Shown one piece after another: positions 36,960-47,565 of a stretch of DNA of 64,000 nt. The stretch's first letter is position 1; each line of letters opens with the position of its first letter. A program made the position numbers and the translations under genes. Location: the IMG/VR virus record IMGVR_UViG_3300000510_000016, positions 23,526 to 87,525 of that record; one strand, 5' to 3'. This DNA comes from a virus. Lineage: Duplodnaviria > Caudoviricetes. Under the pieces are notes generated by a model. That model was not told the origin of the DNA and did not search any database. It saw only the letters and a list, made by a program, of their open reading frames with translations.

Positions 36960-37063
36960 ATGGAAACTTATAAAATACAACAGTGACATTTAGGTGTTGC
37001 TGTTTTTTATTGTCTTAGGTATAATAATCAAACACTAATTTCAGTGTATTCAGGATAGCAATT

Positions 37064-37414
37064 ATGGTATTTAATAAAGAGTTAAGCTTAGACAATAAAG
37101 AGTATTACAAATATGTCTTAGAGGCTAATAGCTTTGAAAGGTTAGAATTATATAAACAACATGGCGCTGCATCAGTAGATAATACAAGCAGATTAGTTCA
37201 TGTTGGAAATATAGGAGGCATGGAACAGTACCCTGTTTGGGTTCAAGTCAGTGTAGACCACTACGAAAACTACAAGTACATCTCTATAGAGGCAACAGGC
37301 GTATATGCTGATTGGAATTTAATTAAGAGGTGGATAACTTTTCATTTTACAGATGCTAAACTAATAGACTGTAGTGATTTTAACCAGATAATTAATAGCT
37401 CTAGAGGAATATAA
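37064..37414 (+). CDS. Hypothetical protein
   Basis: ORF after terminator/promoter. Confidence 0.75.
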   Translation: MVFNKELSLDNKEYYKYVLEANSFERLELYKQHGAASVDNTSRLVHVGNIGGMEQYPVWVQVSVDHYENYKYISIEATGVYADWNLIKRWITFHFTDAKLIDCSDFNQIINSSRGI

Positions 37415-37415
37415 T

Positions 37416-38027
37416 ATGAACAAAGACACCCTAGTCCTAGAGAAGATAACAGACAAGAGTACCAAGCTGATTAAAAGTAAGATAGAGCTATATGCTAACA
37501 ATGATGGTAAGGTGTACTTATCACTCCCTACAGTAACACATGAGCTTATGTATAATGAGGTAATAACATTTGATTCAAGAGGTTTTTTATATTGCTGTAT
37601 AGATAAAGATAGTAAGAGTAAGGTGTTATTCCCACTATCAGATAGCCAAGTAGGTAAGGCAGAGGATTTCTTTGGCTATTGGACAGACAAGAGGTTGTTA
37701 GAGCTTAAGCAAGCTAAGTGGAATAGTTTCTGTGAGTATTGGCAGATAGTGTTTAAGTTTGTTGAGGATAATATTGACTTAGCTAATAATGTCACTTATG
37801 AATATCACTTTAGTCACTTTGATTACGGAGACGGTGATGTATTTAATCACTTTGACATACGTTTAGGAGAAAATTACTTTGGTAGCAAAGATGAGATGGG
37901 AATCGAATATTATAATCCATATTTTGAATTAAACGATGAGTTAGAAGAGCTTCTTATTGACAGATACTTGAAGGACGATGAAGGTCTAAGATGGTTTAGT
38001 GGAATACACGTACAATTCAAACCATAA
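37416..38027 (+). CDS. Hypothetical protein
   Basis: Last gene of arm, followed by hairpin terminator near 38057-38087. Confidence 0.75.
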   Translation: MNKDTLVLEKITDKSTKLIKSKIELYANNDGKVYLSLPTVTHELMYNEVITFDSRGFLYCCIDKDSKSKVLFPLSDSQVGKAEDFFGYWTDKRLLELKQAKWNSFCEYWQIVFKFVEDNIDLANNVTYEYHFSHFDYGDGDVFNHFDIRLGENYFGSKDEMGIEYYNPYFELNDELEELLIDRYLKDDEGLRWFSGIHVQFKP

Positions 38028-38362
38028 ATATAATTAGCAATACAGTATAATAACAACAGCTCTCATACTAAGTGTATTGAGGGCTTTTTCATGTCTTGAG
38101 TAAAGTAACAGTGATAGTAGTAGATATAATAGAAATACCATAGTCGTGAGCTAATAGAATACCACCTAGAAACGATTGTAATACATTTCTGACCCAAGTA
38201 TAGCTGAACACATTACGTAAGGTTTAAACGGTAACATACAAGAATATAACAATAAGCATAGAATTGATTATGTTCGAGGTAAACTGCATTATATTGATTA
38301 TTACAGATAACAAAAAACACACAAAACCGTTAAGTAATGTGTGTTTGGTAAGGATATAAAGG

Positions 38363-38560
38363 TTATTCTACGTAAGTGATAACTGCTAAGTGATTTTCTA
38401 ACCCCTCTAACCTCTCTTGGAATATTGGAATCAAATCTCTAGTTCCAGACTTTCTAATAGTTTCTTTTAATTCAGTAATAGCATCCTCTAAAGCTCTTGT
38501 AGTGTATCCTGATGTAGCGATATAGGATTTCAATACTTTTTCATCGTTATGGTCATTCAT
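38363..38560 (-). CDS. Helical hypothetical protein (tandem paralog of 38575-38865)
   Basis: Shared L.SY...S.YT..A......L...I pattern. Confidence 0.7.
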   Translation of the reverse strand: MNDHNDEKVLKSYIATSGYTTRALEDAITELKETIRKSGTRDLIPIFQERLEGLENHLAVITYVE

Positions 38561-38574
38561 AAACTTCTTCCTTT

Positions 38575-38865
38575 TTAATCGTCATTACCAATAATATATA
38601 AACATTCATCAAGTTTTTCTAGGCGCTTGTTTAGCATATCCAGCAAACCACTATCCTTAGTTTTCTCAATATCTTTTCTTAAACAATCTCTGGCTTCTAT
38701 TATTGCATCTATAGTGTAGCAAGACACCTCTCTATAAGCTTGTAGTGTATCCTCTGTTGAATGTAACATATCAATACCCTCTGCTTTTCTTGATAAATTG
38801 ATTCGCATATTTAGCTTGTCTTTCCTTGACCATTTGAACATGCTCTTTAGTGTACCCTGTCTCAT
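38575..38865 (-). CDS. Helical hypothetical protein (start uncertain)
   Basis: Paralog of 38363-38560. Confidence 0.65.
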   Translation of the reverse strand: MRQGTLKSMFKWSRKDKLNMRINLSRKAEGIDMLHSTEDTLQAYREVSCYTIDAIIEARDCLRKDIEKTKDSGLLDMLNKRLEKLDECLYIIGNDD

Positions 38866-39049
38866 CCAAAGGAAACCACTCGTTAGAGGTCAGGTATTCC
38901 CCATCCACTACGATTACCTTATAAGCCTTGTTGTCGTGGATTTGGTACACGTTTCCTTTGGCTGTTCTGTAGTCTGGCACATCAAAAGCAGCTTGCGTAG
39001 ATGTTGTAGATAATAATACAGTAGCTAACAATAACATTAAACGATTCAT
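38771..39049 (-). CDS. Secreted hypothetical protein
   Basis: Signal peptide MNRLMLLLATVLLSTTSTQA. Confidence 0.7.
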   Translation of the reverse strand: MNRLMLLLATVLLSTTSTQAAFDVPDYRTAKGNVYQIHDNKAYKVIVVDGEYLTSNEWFPLDETGYTKEHVQMVKERQAKYANQFIKKSRGY

Positions 39050-39059
39050 ATCTAATCCC

Positions 39060-39368
39060 TTATTCATGGTCTGCAATGTAAGCTTTAGCCATCTCATTCT
39101 CAACACTACCAAATGTATTAAAGTGTTCACAGATATCAATAATCATGTTCTCCACTTCAACAATATCAAACTCTAGCACGTTATCATCTTGGTCATAGTA
39201 ATCTACATGGAAAGCATCAATCTCTACAGTGTCAGTACGGTTATTCCAAGACATATCAACATCTAATTCCATGTAACTCTCATCTTTAAAGTATACAGTC
39301 ATACTAGCATCATATTGACTGAAAGATGGTTTTGATACTTCGTAAGATTCTGTGATTAAGTTTTTCAT
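39060..39368 (-). CDS. Acidic hypothetical protein
   Basis: Downstream of TTGACA-17-TATTAT promoter (39440-39412). Confidence 0.75.
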   Translation of the reverse strand: MKNLITESYEVSKPSFSQYDASMTVYFKDESYMELDVDMSWNNRTDTVEIDAFHVDYYDQDDNVLEFDIVEVENMIIDICEHFNTFGSVENEMAKAYIADHE

Positions 39369-39530
39369 AGTGGTATTCCTTATTAAGAGTATTTGTTGTT
39401 TCGATATGAGTATAATAGCAAAGGGGTATAAGATTGTCAAACACTATTTTAAAATAGATTAGATATAATTTAGGCAAAAGAAATCCCCTACCAACATTAC
39501 GTCAGTAGGGGTTAATATATTAAAAATACT

Positions 39531-39755
39531 TTATTCAGATTCTAATTCAAGTTCATCTTCTTTAAACCACACCCAAACATCATCAAACTCTCCAATCTGG
39601 TATCCTAGCTTACCTTTATACCACACCTCACCTAAAGCCATAGCTGTATGAGTGATAGTGATAACCTCTCCGAAGTAATTAGAATTATAATTGATTACCT
39701 CAGCAGAAGTGTAAGGGGTTAATTCCACCTCTTGTTTACTTAGATTATTTTTCAT
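39531..39755 (-). CDS. Hypothetical protein
   Basis: AAGGA RBS; terminator at 39484-39512 follows. Confidence 0.7.
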   Translation of the reverse strand: MKNNLSKQEVELTPYTSAEVINYNSNYFGEVITITHTAMALGEVWYKGKLGYQIGEFDDVWVWFKEDELELESE

Positions 39756-39763
39756 GTTATTCC

Positions 39764-40717
39764 TTAAAATGATTTCATACGATTATTGTAGTCAAAGTTA
39801 TTGCAAGTGTTATTGTTTAGCAAGTGACGGTATTGAATCCAACCAGTGAAGTTGCCACTACATAACTCACCACTACGTTTCATGTGAGTGACTCCATCTT
39901 CCCAAGTTACAGGTGATTGTTCATTTACCATCATACCTTTATTGGTATAGTGAGTGGGTTTAGCTACGTGTTCAAATGGGCTACTATGTAAGTTCTCTGC
40001 ATTAATCAGCATATCAAAAATCTTATCTGCTTTATCTAGGGTCATGTTTTCAGTACGATAACTAACAGCAGCACATGAAGCTACAGAAATCTTGATAGCA
40101 TCTTCTAGTGTAATACCATCGCCCTCTGTATATTCAATACTATCTACATAGGGTAAATGCCATTGACCTGCTTTGAGAGTCTTAGGTGAACTGTCTTGCA
40201 TAGCATTAAACATCTTATCAGCTAACATCACTAGCTCTGGTTGGGCATCTTTATCAATACGTAAGTTAAAGAAGTTATCCCATTCAGTAGCAGTAACCAC
40301 CACTTTCATCATTTGGTAAGGTTCAGTAAGACGGTTAGCAATCTGTTTATGTAAGCCCAACTTAGTTAAAAGATTTACAGTTGATTTAACTCCTATAAAG
40401 CTATTTTTCCAAAACCTCAAAGCAGGTTCTTTATCTTCAATCTCCTCTACAGCTTGCATACCACTTTTATTACGACCAAGATATACAGGTAAAGCCATGT
40501 TGTCTTCAATATACCCTAGCATCTTCTCGATGGGAATAGCACGAGAACTAGAGCAATTCTTAGACAACATTCGGTGAGTGAGCAGCTCACAGTGAATGTA
40601 GCGAGGATATTCTAGCTCAAATGTTGTAATACGTTTTCCTGTCTCGCTAATACTGTCTACTACAATTTTAGCAACTATGTTAGAATCTCGTTGTAGGAAC
40701 TCTTTATTAATTGACAT
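39764..40717 (-). CDS. thyX: Flavin-dependent thymidylate synthase
   Basis: FELEYPRYIHCELLTHRMLSKNCSSSRAIP; LHKQIANRLTEP; NFFNLR. Confidence 0.9.
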   Translation of the reverse strand: MSINKEFLQRDSNIVAKIVVDSISETGKRITTFELEYPRYIHCELLTHRMLSKNCSSSRAIPIEKMLGYIEDNMALPVYLGRNKSGMQAVEEIEDKEPALRFWKNSFIGVKSTVNLLTKLGLHKQIANRLTEPYQMMKVVVTATEWDNFFNLRIDKDAQPELVMLADKMFNAMQDSSPKTLKAGQWHLPYVDSIEYTEGDGITLEDAIKISVASCAAVSYRTENMTLDKADKIFDMLINAENLHSSPFEHVAKPTHYTNKGMMVNEQSPVTWEDGVTHMKRSGELCSGNFTGWIQYRHLLNNNTCNNFDYNNRMKSF

Positions 40718-40974
40718 TACTTCTCCATTTTCTTTTCTAATTTCTTAATTAATTTATTTAGAACCTTAGTCTTCTCTGACCAAAACTCTTGTGAGTGAGA
40801 GTAGGGAGTCTCTGCAATACCTTTCTTATCAAGATACTTTTCTAGTAACAAATTCTTAAGCTTATCTTCCGAACGACAAAAATCATCTCTTGAGTCATCA
40901 GCTTTATACTTATTAAGTAAATCTCTTTCTGACATCGAGTCCCAAGCATCTCTTGCTTCATCATAGCAACTCAT
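40717..40974 (-). CDS. Hypothetical protein
   Basis: ORF in operon. Confidence 0.7.
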   Translation of the reverse strand: MSCYDEARDAWDSMSERDLLNKYKADDSRDDFCRSEDKLKNLLLEKYLDKKGIAETPYSHSQEFWSEKTKVLNKLIKKLEKKMEK

Positions 40975-40975
40975 A

Positions 40976-41296
40976 TTATTCCTTAATTTCTGTTAGTGTA
41001 TAACTAATTACTTCCCAATCATCTAGCTTAGTTTGTGCATTGTGAAACTTACTGTCATATTCCTCTCTAATATCATACGGAATAGTGATGTGAGATTGTC
41101 TAGCAGGTCTACGGTTAGAGTACACCTTGCCTAGTTTAGAAACTGTTTGATACGTTCCGTTTGGGTGATAGAACAGACCTGTATGTTTATGCCTTAACTT
41201 ATACACCACTTGTTGTTCATTAGCAGGTTTAGGAAAGTTATTCACCTTTCGTACTGAATCTAGCAATCCCTCGTAATTATTCATCACTGTCTCCAT
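40976..41296 (-). CDS. Hypothetical protein
   Basis: ORF in operon. Confidence 0.7.
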   Translation of the reverse strand: METVMNNYEGLLDSVRKVNNFPKPANEQQVVYKLRHKHTGLFYHPNGTYQTVSKLGKVYSNRRPARQSHITIPYDIREEYDSKFHNAQTKLDDWEVISYTLTEIKE

Positions 41297-41446
41297 ACCA
41301 ATCAGCTTTCATTCTTTGTAAGCTACTGATAAGTAAATCAACATCTTCTAAGTCGCCAATGACAACGCACCCACCTGATTCTGTATCATTCACAACACAG
41401 CCAAAAGGCATCTCTTCTACTGTGATATAGTTACCTTTAATCTCAC

Positions 41447-41677
41447 TCACATTTTCACCCCTAAGTCATGTTGTAAATCAGATAGACCTCCAATGAACAC
41501 ACCATCTTTGAGGATAGCAGGGAAACTCTTACATGAACGAGGAACATTATTATATAATTCTATGACATCAAAGTCTTGGTCTAGGATTAGCTTGGTATAA
41601 TTTTTGTTATGGTCTTTGAGTAACTGCTCAGCTTGAGCACATGGCGCACATGATTTTTTTCCGTACAAAATATACAT
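41447..41677 (-). CDS. Glutaredoxin
   Basis: YGKKSCAPC; SFPAI..DG.FIGG..DL. Confidence 0.9.
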   Translation of the reverse strand: MYILYGKKSCAPCAQAEQLLKDHNKNYTKLILDQDFDVIELYNNVPRSCKSFPAILKDGVFIGGLSDLQHDLGVKM

Positions 41678-41691
41678 CTTTCACCTCTTTA

Positions 41692-42636
41692 TTAATCGTT
41701 TATTTCTACTTTGTATGAGCACAACGTCTCATACACTTCAACACTAACTGTGTCCCTGTATTTTATAGCTAATTCTTTCAAATAGGCTTCTTTTTCTAAT
41801 TTAAAATGCAAAAAAGCTTCTTCAGGGGTGCTATATGACCCCAAATATGTAGGCTTACCAAACTTACTTATTCTTGCTACGTAGCTGTTTATTTTACTGC
41901 GCTTCGTTACACCGACAGGGTAATCTCCCCTGAAAGACCTTGAACCTACTATCGACAGATTAATCTCAGAAGGAATGAGCGAGCAAGTGTCTGGGCTGTA
42001 AACCTTGTTTCCTTTTAGCAATAAATCTTTATCTAGCTCGTAACCTAAACCGTATCCCTTTTGATTAACGTACCACCTAGCAAAATTCTGAAAGTTGTGC
42101 CACTCTTCGCAAATAGTACAATCCCTGTAAGACTCTTTTGCATATTCCCTGTAAACCCTAGAAAACATATCTCCCCAAGCTCGATGAGCTAAAGAAATTC
42201 TATTTCCGTCCCTAGTTTCATAATCACCCTCTCCGATAAAACCCACACCAACCATAGTCCTTGCGTACAAATTCCTAACACACCCCTCTCTCAACTGTTG
42301 GACGGTGCATGTTGTTTTATAGGCATACTTGTCACAAAACTCTACAGTAACATTGTTACTATTAACATACTTTATTATTTTACAAATACCTCCACTATTA
42401 GTTTCAAAAGCTTGTCCTATTTTTACACTAACCTTCTTTCCTTTCCCATTATGCGTATTTGGGTTAGAAAAACTACCTAATCTAAGATTTTGAGCACTCA
42501 CTAACTTTTCATGAGCCAAATCATCTAAAAATCTTATTTTTATCTTAATTGCACCGTTATATTCGATTACCTCACACTCACTCCCAACTTTATTTGTAAA
42601 TCTATCCCCAACAAAAATGGTAGGTTTCAAACTCAT
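41692..42636 (-). CDS. Free-standing homing endonuclease with duplicated N-terminal domain
   Basis: Two ~50-aa N-terminal repeats, then W.DM..R.Y...CTICEEWHNFQNFA...LDKDLL.KGNK.YSPDTC and AP2-like tail. Confidence 0.8.
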   Translation of the reverse strand: MSLKPTIFVGDRFTNKVGSECEVIEYNGAIKIKIRFLDDLAHEKLVSAQNLRLGSFSNPNTHNGKGKKVSVKIGQAFETNSGGICKIIKYVNSNNVTVEFCDKYAYKTTCTVQQLREGCVRNLYARTMVGVGFIGEGDYETRDGNRISLAHRAWGDMFSRVYREYAKESYRDCTICEEWHNFQNFARWYVNQKGYGLGYELDKDLLLKGNKVYSPDTCSLIPSEINLSIVGSRSFRGDYPVGVTKRSKINSYVARISKFGKPTYLGSYSTPEEAFLHFKLEKEAYLKELAIKYRDTVSVEVYETLCSYKVEIND

Positions 42637-42719
42637 ATCCCATCCTCCTGTACACTTATAATTATCGTAAAAATAAATTATACCACACTCCTTTGCAGTA
42701 TAACAAGCGTTATTTTAGA

Positions 42720-44459
42720 TTACTCGCAAGCCTCACATATACTGTTAGTTTGAATATTGGCATCTCGAATACCATAATGATAGTATAAAGATTTAATATT
42801 TTTATCTAACAAAGCATACAGATAAATCTTACTAATATCCTTAGCGGATGTATTAGCTAAGAATAGGTTTGTACTTTGAGATTGACAAATGTACTTCTGT
42901 CTTGCACTTACCATTTTTAAGTGGTCATAAGGGTTAATCTCAAAAGCTGTACGGTAAACCTCTTTCTCTTCGTCTGTAAACTCAGGACGGTGCTGAATAC
43001 TACCTTTATGAGCGTTAATATCGTTCAGTAAGTCAGTAGTCTCTTTGTTATGTTCTTCACCATACAAACCCTTCTCTTGAAGTAACGCTAAGAAAGATGG
43101 GTCAATACGGACTACCTCACCTGCTGGTGTTGCTTGGGTAAATACAAAACCTACTTGTGGGTTAATACCCTCACTAACACTACCTACAATTAATGCTGTT
43201 GACTTGGTAGGGGCAATAGCTAATAGGTGGGTATTACGTACACCATAGCCCTTACATAGTTCAGGCTCTCCTAGCACATCAGCTAACCACTCTGTTGCAG
43301 CTACAGCCTCTTTCTTAATCGTACTAAACATTAACTCATTATAATACTGACTTTCTAGACTACCCCAAACAATATTATTATCTAGTAAATAAGAATGAAA
43401 AGCCATTGCGCCATAACCTAAAGCTCTACTCTCTTCTGTAAACTTAACAGCAGCTTCCATACCTTTCTTACCTTTGGCATTTTCTAAGAAGTCTGATACA
43501 ACACAATCCAAGAATACAGTGCCAACAAACGCTAAGTTATCAGGGCGATTATCCCAATTACGTAAGTTCTCTGAAGATAGTACGCAAGTAAATGTGTTTT
43601 CTTCGTCTGAGAATAGGGTGATTTCGGAACATAAGTTCGATGCTTTAACCTTTAAGCCCTTGTCCTTATACATTGGAGGGTTTTGGCGATTAACTTTATC
43701 TACAAATAACTGATAACCACTACCTACGTTACCCTTACAAGCCAACATTTGACCCCAACGCTTAACTGCATCAGCATCTCCTGCAAGCAACTTGTCACGG
43801 AACTCATCGTCAATAGTCCAACCTGCATTGTTACCATCAGTATAGGTTTCTAAGTAGTGTACAAGCTCATCAAAGTCATTACCATCAATATCGTAGTACC
43901 AACTTGTAGCTCCACGTCTTGCACTTCCTTGACTAATATCCATTGAGTCAGTAACAAACATCTTAGCTACAGGTTGAGCGCCACTAGCCTCACCATTCTT
44001 CATCTTACTGCCACGAGGACGGATATCACCTAGATATACAGAAGTGCCAAAACCCTCTTTAGTTAAGATAGCATTCTGTCTACGGGTATCATAAAAACCT
44101 AATACACTATCTTCTACATAACCACCAGAGCATGATACAGACATACCGTAATCAGTACCAGTATTCGTTAGCAGTGGAGTAGAAGGACTTAGGAATCCGT
44201 CCCACATAATACTAAAGAAAGCCTCTTCCCATGTCTTACCTGCAAAATACTTGTTCTCAAACCACCATTCAGGATATTCAGTAGGGGCTTGTTTTGCCAA
44301 TGTCTTTGCAATACGTTGATATTGGTCTTTAGGTGTTTTACTTTCTCCATTTAAATACTTCTGCGAGAATAACTGCCAACCCATTGTTGTAAACCAACTA
44401 GGAGCTAATCCTCTCTCTTGCAGGTCTTTACGTTCTTTACTAAAATCTCTTTGTGCCAT
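42720..44459 (-). CDS. nrdA: Ribonucleotide reductase class I alpha subunit (no ATP cone)
   Basis: SPSTP, SVSC, ASNLCSEI, AIAPTKST, KSLYY, C-terminal CEAC. Confidence 0.95.
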   Translation of the reverse strand: MAQRDFSKERKDLQERGLAPSWFTTMGWQLFSQKYLNGESKTPKDQYQRIAKTLAKQAPTEYPEWWFENKYFAGKTWEEAFFSIMWDGFLSPSTPLLTNTGTDYGMSVSCSGGYVEDSVLGFYDTRRQNAILTKEGFGTSVYLGDIRPRGSKMKNGEASGAQPVAKMFVTDSMDISQGSARRGATSWYYDIDGNDFDELVHYLETYTDGNNAGWTIDDEFRDKLLAGDADAVKRWGQMLACKGNVGSGYQLFVDKVNRQNPPMYKDKGLKVKASNLCSEITLFSDEENTFTCVLSSENLRNWDNRPDNLAFVGTVFLDCVVSDFLENAKGKKGMEAAVKFTEESRALGYGAMAFHSYLLDNNIVWGSLESQYYNELMFSTIKKEAVAATEWLADVLGEPELCKGYGVRNTHLLAIAPTKSTALIVGSVSEGINPQVGFVFTQATPAGEVVRIDPSFLALLQEKGLYGEEHNKETTDLLNDINAHKGSIQHRPEFTDEEKEVYRTAFEINPYDHLKMVSARQKYICQSQSTNLFLANTSAKDISKIYLYALLDKNIKSLYYHYGIRDANIQTNSICEACE

Positions 44460-44463
44460 TACT

Positions 44464-45540
44464 TTAAACTCCTGAAACTGTTGGGTCAATACTTACATTT
44501 AAACTTTTCAGAACATCTTCATATTGTAGAAGTGAATCTTCATTGTCCTGCCAAATCTTGTCTGTAAATATATCAAAATCACTAGGACTAAACTCTCTTA
44601 CGTAGTTTCTGCCTCTTGTATAAAAGTTATCGTTGAGACGGAATGAGTTCATACTACCATAGAACCACTCTGAAATAGTATCCCCATCTTCATCAAAGAT
44701 AGCATCTAATCCTAAACCACGCAACACAATATTAACACGACTACGAGCAAATGCTTTCAATTCTTCTTTACTTGCATTAGGAATATCTCCCTCAGCTAAC
44801 ATTGCATCTACAATAATACACTCATGTTCATATACATATTTAGCGTGTTGATAAATCCTTAACTCTAACTCTTTTTCCTCTACAATATTACGTTCCTCTT
44901 GCTCTTTCTGAACCTTAAAAATCTCAGCAGCAGTTGTAAAGTGAAAGTTTTCGTCTAATACAGAGAAGTCAATTCCAGCAATTAAGTTTGCCATACTGTT
45001 TTGACCTTTAACACCAAGAGACTTAATCATTGCAAAGGCGGTGAACAATACAGCACCTTCCATGAATGCAAAACCTGCCATTGATGCTAAAGTATCTTTC
45101 TCAGCTACTAACTTCTCCATGAACTCTACACGTTCTACTAATACAGGGTCGGTCTCAAATACTTGGTAGAACTCGTCATTGTGTGTGCCCAACACCTCGT
45201 TCACTTTACGGTAGAAAGGAAAATGAATATTAACTTCTACGTCAGCAAAGCACACAGCTAAAGCTCTTACGTTATGATTCTTATATCTTCGGTGAACTAC
45301 TCCCAACCAGTAATCGTTACCCACAACATCTTCGTACTTGGTAAAGAGTCTCTGGTTGAAAGATATCGCATGTCTTTGTGCATCATTCAATTTAAACCGT
45401 AAATCTTGCTTATCTTTATCTAAATCAATCTCGTGATGCGTCCAGAACAGAGTTTGTTTTTGGTATGTAACGGCATCTACAAACTGAGGATACTTATCTA
45501 CATAGCTACTTGAAGCCGTTTGCAAATCACTTTTTTTCAT
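44464..45540 (-). CDS. nrdB: Ribonucleotide reductase class I beta subunit
   Basis: FWTHHEI, E.NIH..FY, EG..LF..F, DE.FH di-metal ligands. Confidence 0.93.
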   Translation of the reverse strand: MKKSDLQTASSSYVDKYPQFVDAVTYQKQTLFWTHHEIDLDKDKQDLRFKLNDAQRHAISFNQRLFTKYEDVVGNDYWLGVVHRRYKNHNVRALAVCFADVEVNIHFPFYRKVNEVLGTHNDEFYQVFETDPVLVERVEFMEKLVAEKDTLASMAGFAFMEGAVLFTAFAMIKSLGVKGQNSMANLIAGIDFSVLDENFHFTTAAEIFKVQKEQEERNIVEEKELELRIYQHAKYVYEHECIIVDAMLAEGDIPNASKEELKAFARSRVNIVLRGLGLDAIFDEDGDTISEWFYGSMNSFRLNDNFYTRGRNYVREFSPSDFDIFTDKIWQDNEDSLLQYEDVLKSLNVSIDPTVSGV

Positions 45541-45646
45541 CTCTACCTCTTATCAATTAATCAAATATTTAAAGGAGATGATTATCCACAACCACTCTCC
45601 CCTAAACCTTTATAAAACCTATCTTACCACTATATCTGCCAATACA

Positions 45647-46054
45647 CTATTCCCCAACAACCAAAACATCACCAAACTTAGCAATCTCTTTAGCCTCTGC
45701 ACTAGCTAAACCTGTACTCACCCATGCTTTATCTGTACGTTCAATACCTGTATAACGGGTTTCCTCTAATACATCCTTACCAAAGCGTGTCTTTTGACGA
45801 CCCTCAATAACATATTCCTCATACACCCCATCTTGAAACCCGAAGTATGATTCTAGGATAATTGAAATCTCCATATCCGTTAATACTTTCTCATACTTAG
45901 ATGGTGTCATAAGTTCTGTATATCGTTCTGGACATAACACACCTGCTGAATGAGCGAGGCTTAGTAGTTTAGGATTTAATGTATCACTTTGGCAAGCATA
46001 TACTGGCACTCCATGATATTTCTTCTTGTATTGTTTTTCATCGTTCTCTGACAT
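45647..46054 (-). CDS. Hypothetical protein
   Basis: ORF in operon. Confidence 0.7.
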   Translation of the reverse strand: MSENDEKQYKKKYHGVPVYACQSDTLNPKLLSLAHSAGVLCPERYTELMTPSKYEKVLTDMEISIILESYFGFQDGVYEEYVIEGRQKTRFGKDVLEETRYTGIERTDKAWVSTGLASAEAKEIAKFGDVLVVGE

Positions 46055-46088
46055 TTCTATCTCTCTTGTTTAATTAATTATAGTTTGT

Positions 46089-46577
46089 TTATTTAAAATC
46101 TGCTAAGTAAATCAAATGATACTGATACCACTCACCGTAATAACTGCCACTCTCTAGTAGATGTCCTAATGCTTCTTCATCGCCACAGAATAAGTCCTTA
46201 ATACTTTCAATACTACAAAGCTTATAAACCTCACTCTCACCTTCATCGAAGTTAGATTCAAATAATAGATATTTAATTTTATCTGCATTCTTATCAACAG
46301 GTTTTTCTATTTCTTTATACTCTACACTTTCAGCGCCTTCTACAAAATACAGTCTGTCACCTCTATTTTGCTTAGAAGAACCAATCTCAGCAGTAATTTT
46401 AACACTATAGAACTTATCTTTAATCTTAACAATTACTTCAACTTCTTCTTCATAATAACCTTGTCCACAATCAAAATAGTCGTGTGGGTCTTCCATAAAA
46501 TAAGAAACTATATCTTCTTCTGATTTAAGATAAGCTATTTCTCTCACGTTATATTGGTCTTTTAAATACTGCTCCAT
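46089..46577 (-). CDS. Acidic hypothetical protein
   Basis: GGAGG RBS. Confidence 0.75.
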   Translation of the reverse strand: MEQYLKDQYNVREIAYLKSEEDIVSYFMEDPHDYFDCGQGYYEEEVEVIVKIKDKFYSVKITAEIGSSKQNRGDRLYFVEGAESVEYKEIEKPVDKNADKIKYLLFESNFDEGESEVYKLCSIESIKDLFCGDEEALGHLLESGSYYGEWYQYHLIYLADFK

Positions 46578-46586
46578 TCTTTCCTC

Positions 46587-47564
46587 CTAGATATAATTTA
46601 CTAATGCTTTACCTGACGCATTAACACGGCTAACACCTCTACAGTCACTTTCTCCACAACGGTACAGGTCGAATGAACTAACGGCAGTATAACCTTTTTT
46701 AGCTACCCCGTCAACCATTATTTTAGAAACATCATTACTACCGCAGTGAACGCATAATAACTCAGTATCTTCTTTGAGGTCACGACCCTGTACTTGCTTA
46801 GTAATAGTGGCAATGTTAGGTGTATTCTTAGACCAACCCATAAACCGTTTATGTAAATCTCGTGTTGCAACAATATCTTGAAGGTTGTATGTTAGCATCT
46901 CCTGTAATGCAGAGTCACAAGCATCGTAATTCTCATATTCTGCACACCGTTGCCATAATCTTGAACCCCCTGTTGCAATCTTTCCGTCTAAGCCAAGGTA
47001 CTGTGATACGTTCTGCATACTGTTAGATGGGAACGAGAACAAACGCTTAGCGTCCTGCATCAAATCAATATGTCGAGGCATGACACAGGGAGGCAATCCC
47101 CAAAACAAAGCTCTTGTGTTCAACTTCTTGACATCAAATCTCTTTCCATTGAACGTAACGATGACATCGCAGTTGTTAATAGCTTCAATCAGCTTTATCA
47201 CAACTTCTAAATCATTACCTGTCTTTACGTCTTCTGGTGTAATCCTAATACCTTGTGGCTCATCATCATTTACAGCCCATGCTGCTGTAAGTAAATGGCT
47301 ATGCTTAGTTACTTGTGAAATAGGAATATTAACTTGCCATATATCAAAGAAATAGCCTTGCATGAATGAATTTTCTAAGTCCCAATAGAGGTATTTTATT
47401 TCCTTTTTTTCTGGCTCTAGTAACTCTAAAGTACCTTCTCGATACTCTTTCAACATGTCGTTCACTGTAGATTTCGGCATACCTAACTGCTTAGCAATCT
47501 TACGTCCTGACAACCCACTCTGATGTAGTTCTAGGGCAGATTTATGCCACTCTTGATACTTCAT
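46587..47564 (-). CDS. RNase H-like (DEDD) exonuclease with N-terminal HTH and C-terminal Zn ribbon
   Basis: LSGRKIAKQLG HTH; WDLE, TFNGKRFD, YNLQDI; C..C...C..C. Confidence 0.85.
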   Translation of the reverse strand: MKYQEWHKSALELHQSGLSGRKIAKQLGMPKSTVNDMLKEYREGTLELLEPEKKEIKYLYWDLENSFMQGYFFDIWQVNIPISQVTKHSHLLTAAWAVNDDEPQGIRITPEDVKTGNDLEVVIKLIEAINNCDVIVTFNGKRFDVKKLNTRALFWGLPPCVMPRHIDLMQDAKRLFSFPSNSMQNVSQYLGLDGKIATGGSRLWQRCAEYENYDACDSALQEMLTYNLQDIVATRDLHKRFMGWSKNTPNIATITKQVQGRDLKEDTELLCVHCGSNDVSKIMVDGVAKKGYTAVSSFDLYRCGESDCRGVSRVNASGKALVNYI

Positions 47565-47565
47565 A

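Noticed and set aside
11201-40717. Hypermodified-base biosynthesis pathway
   Set aside because: dCMP deaminase, ThyX and MazG are present, but no hydroxymethylase, glycosyltransferase, queuosine/PreQ0 or PurZ genes were recognised in this window
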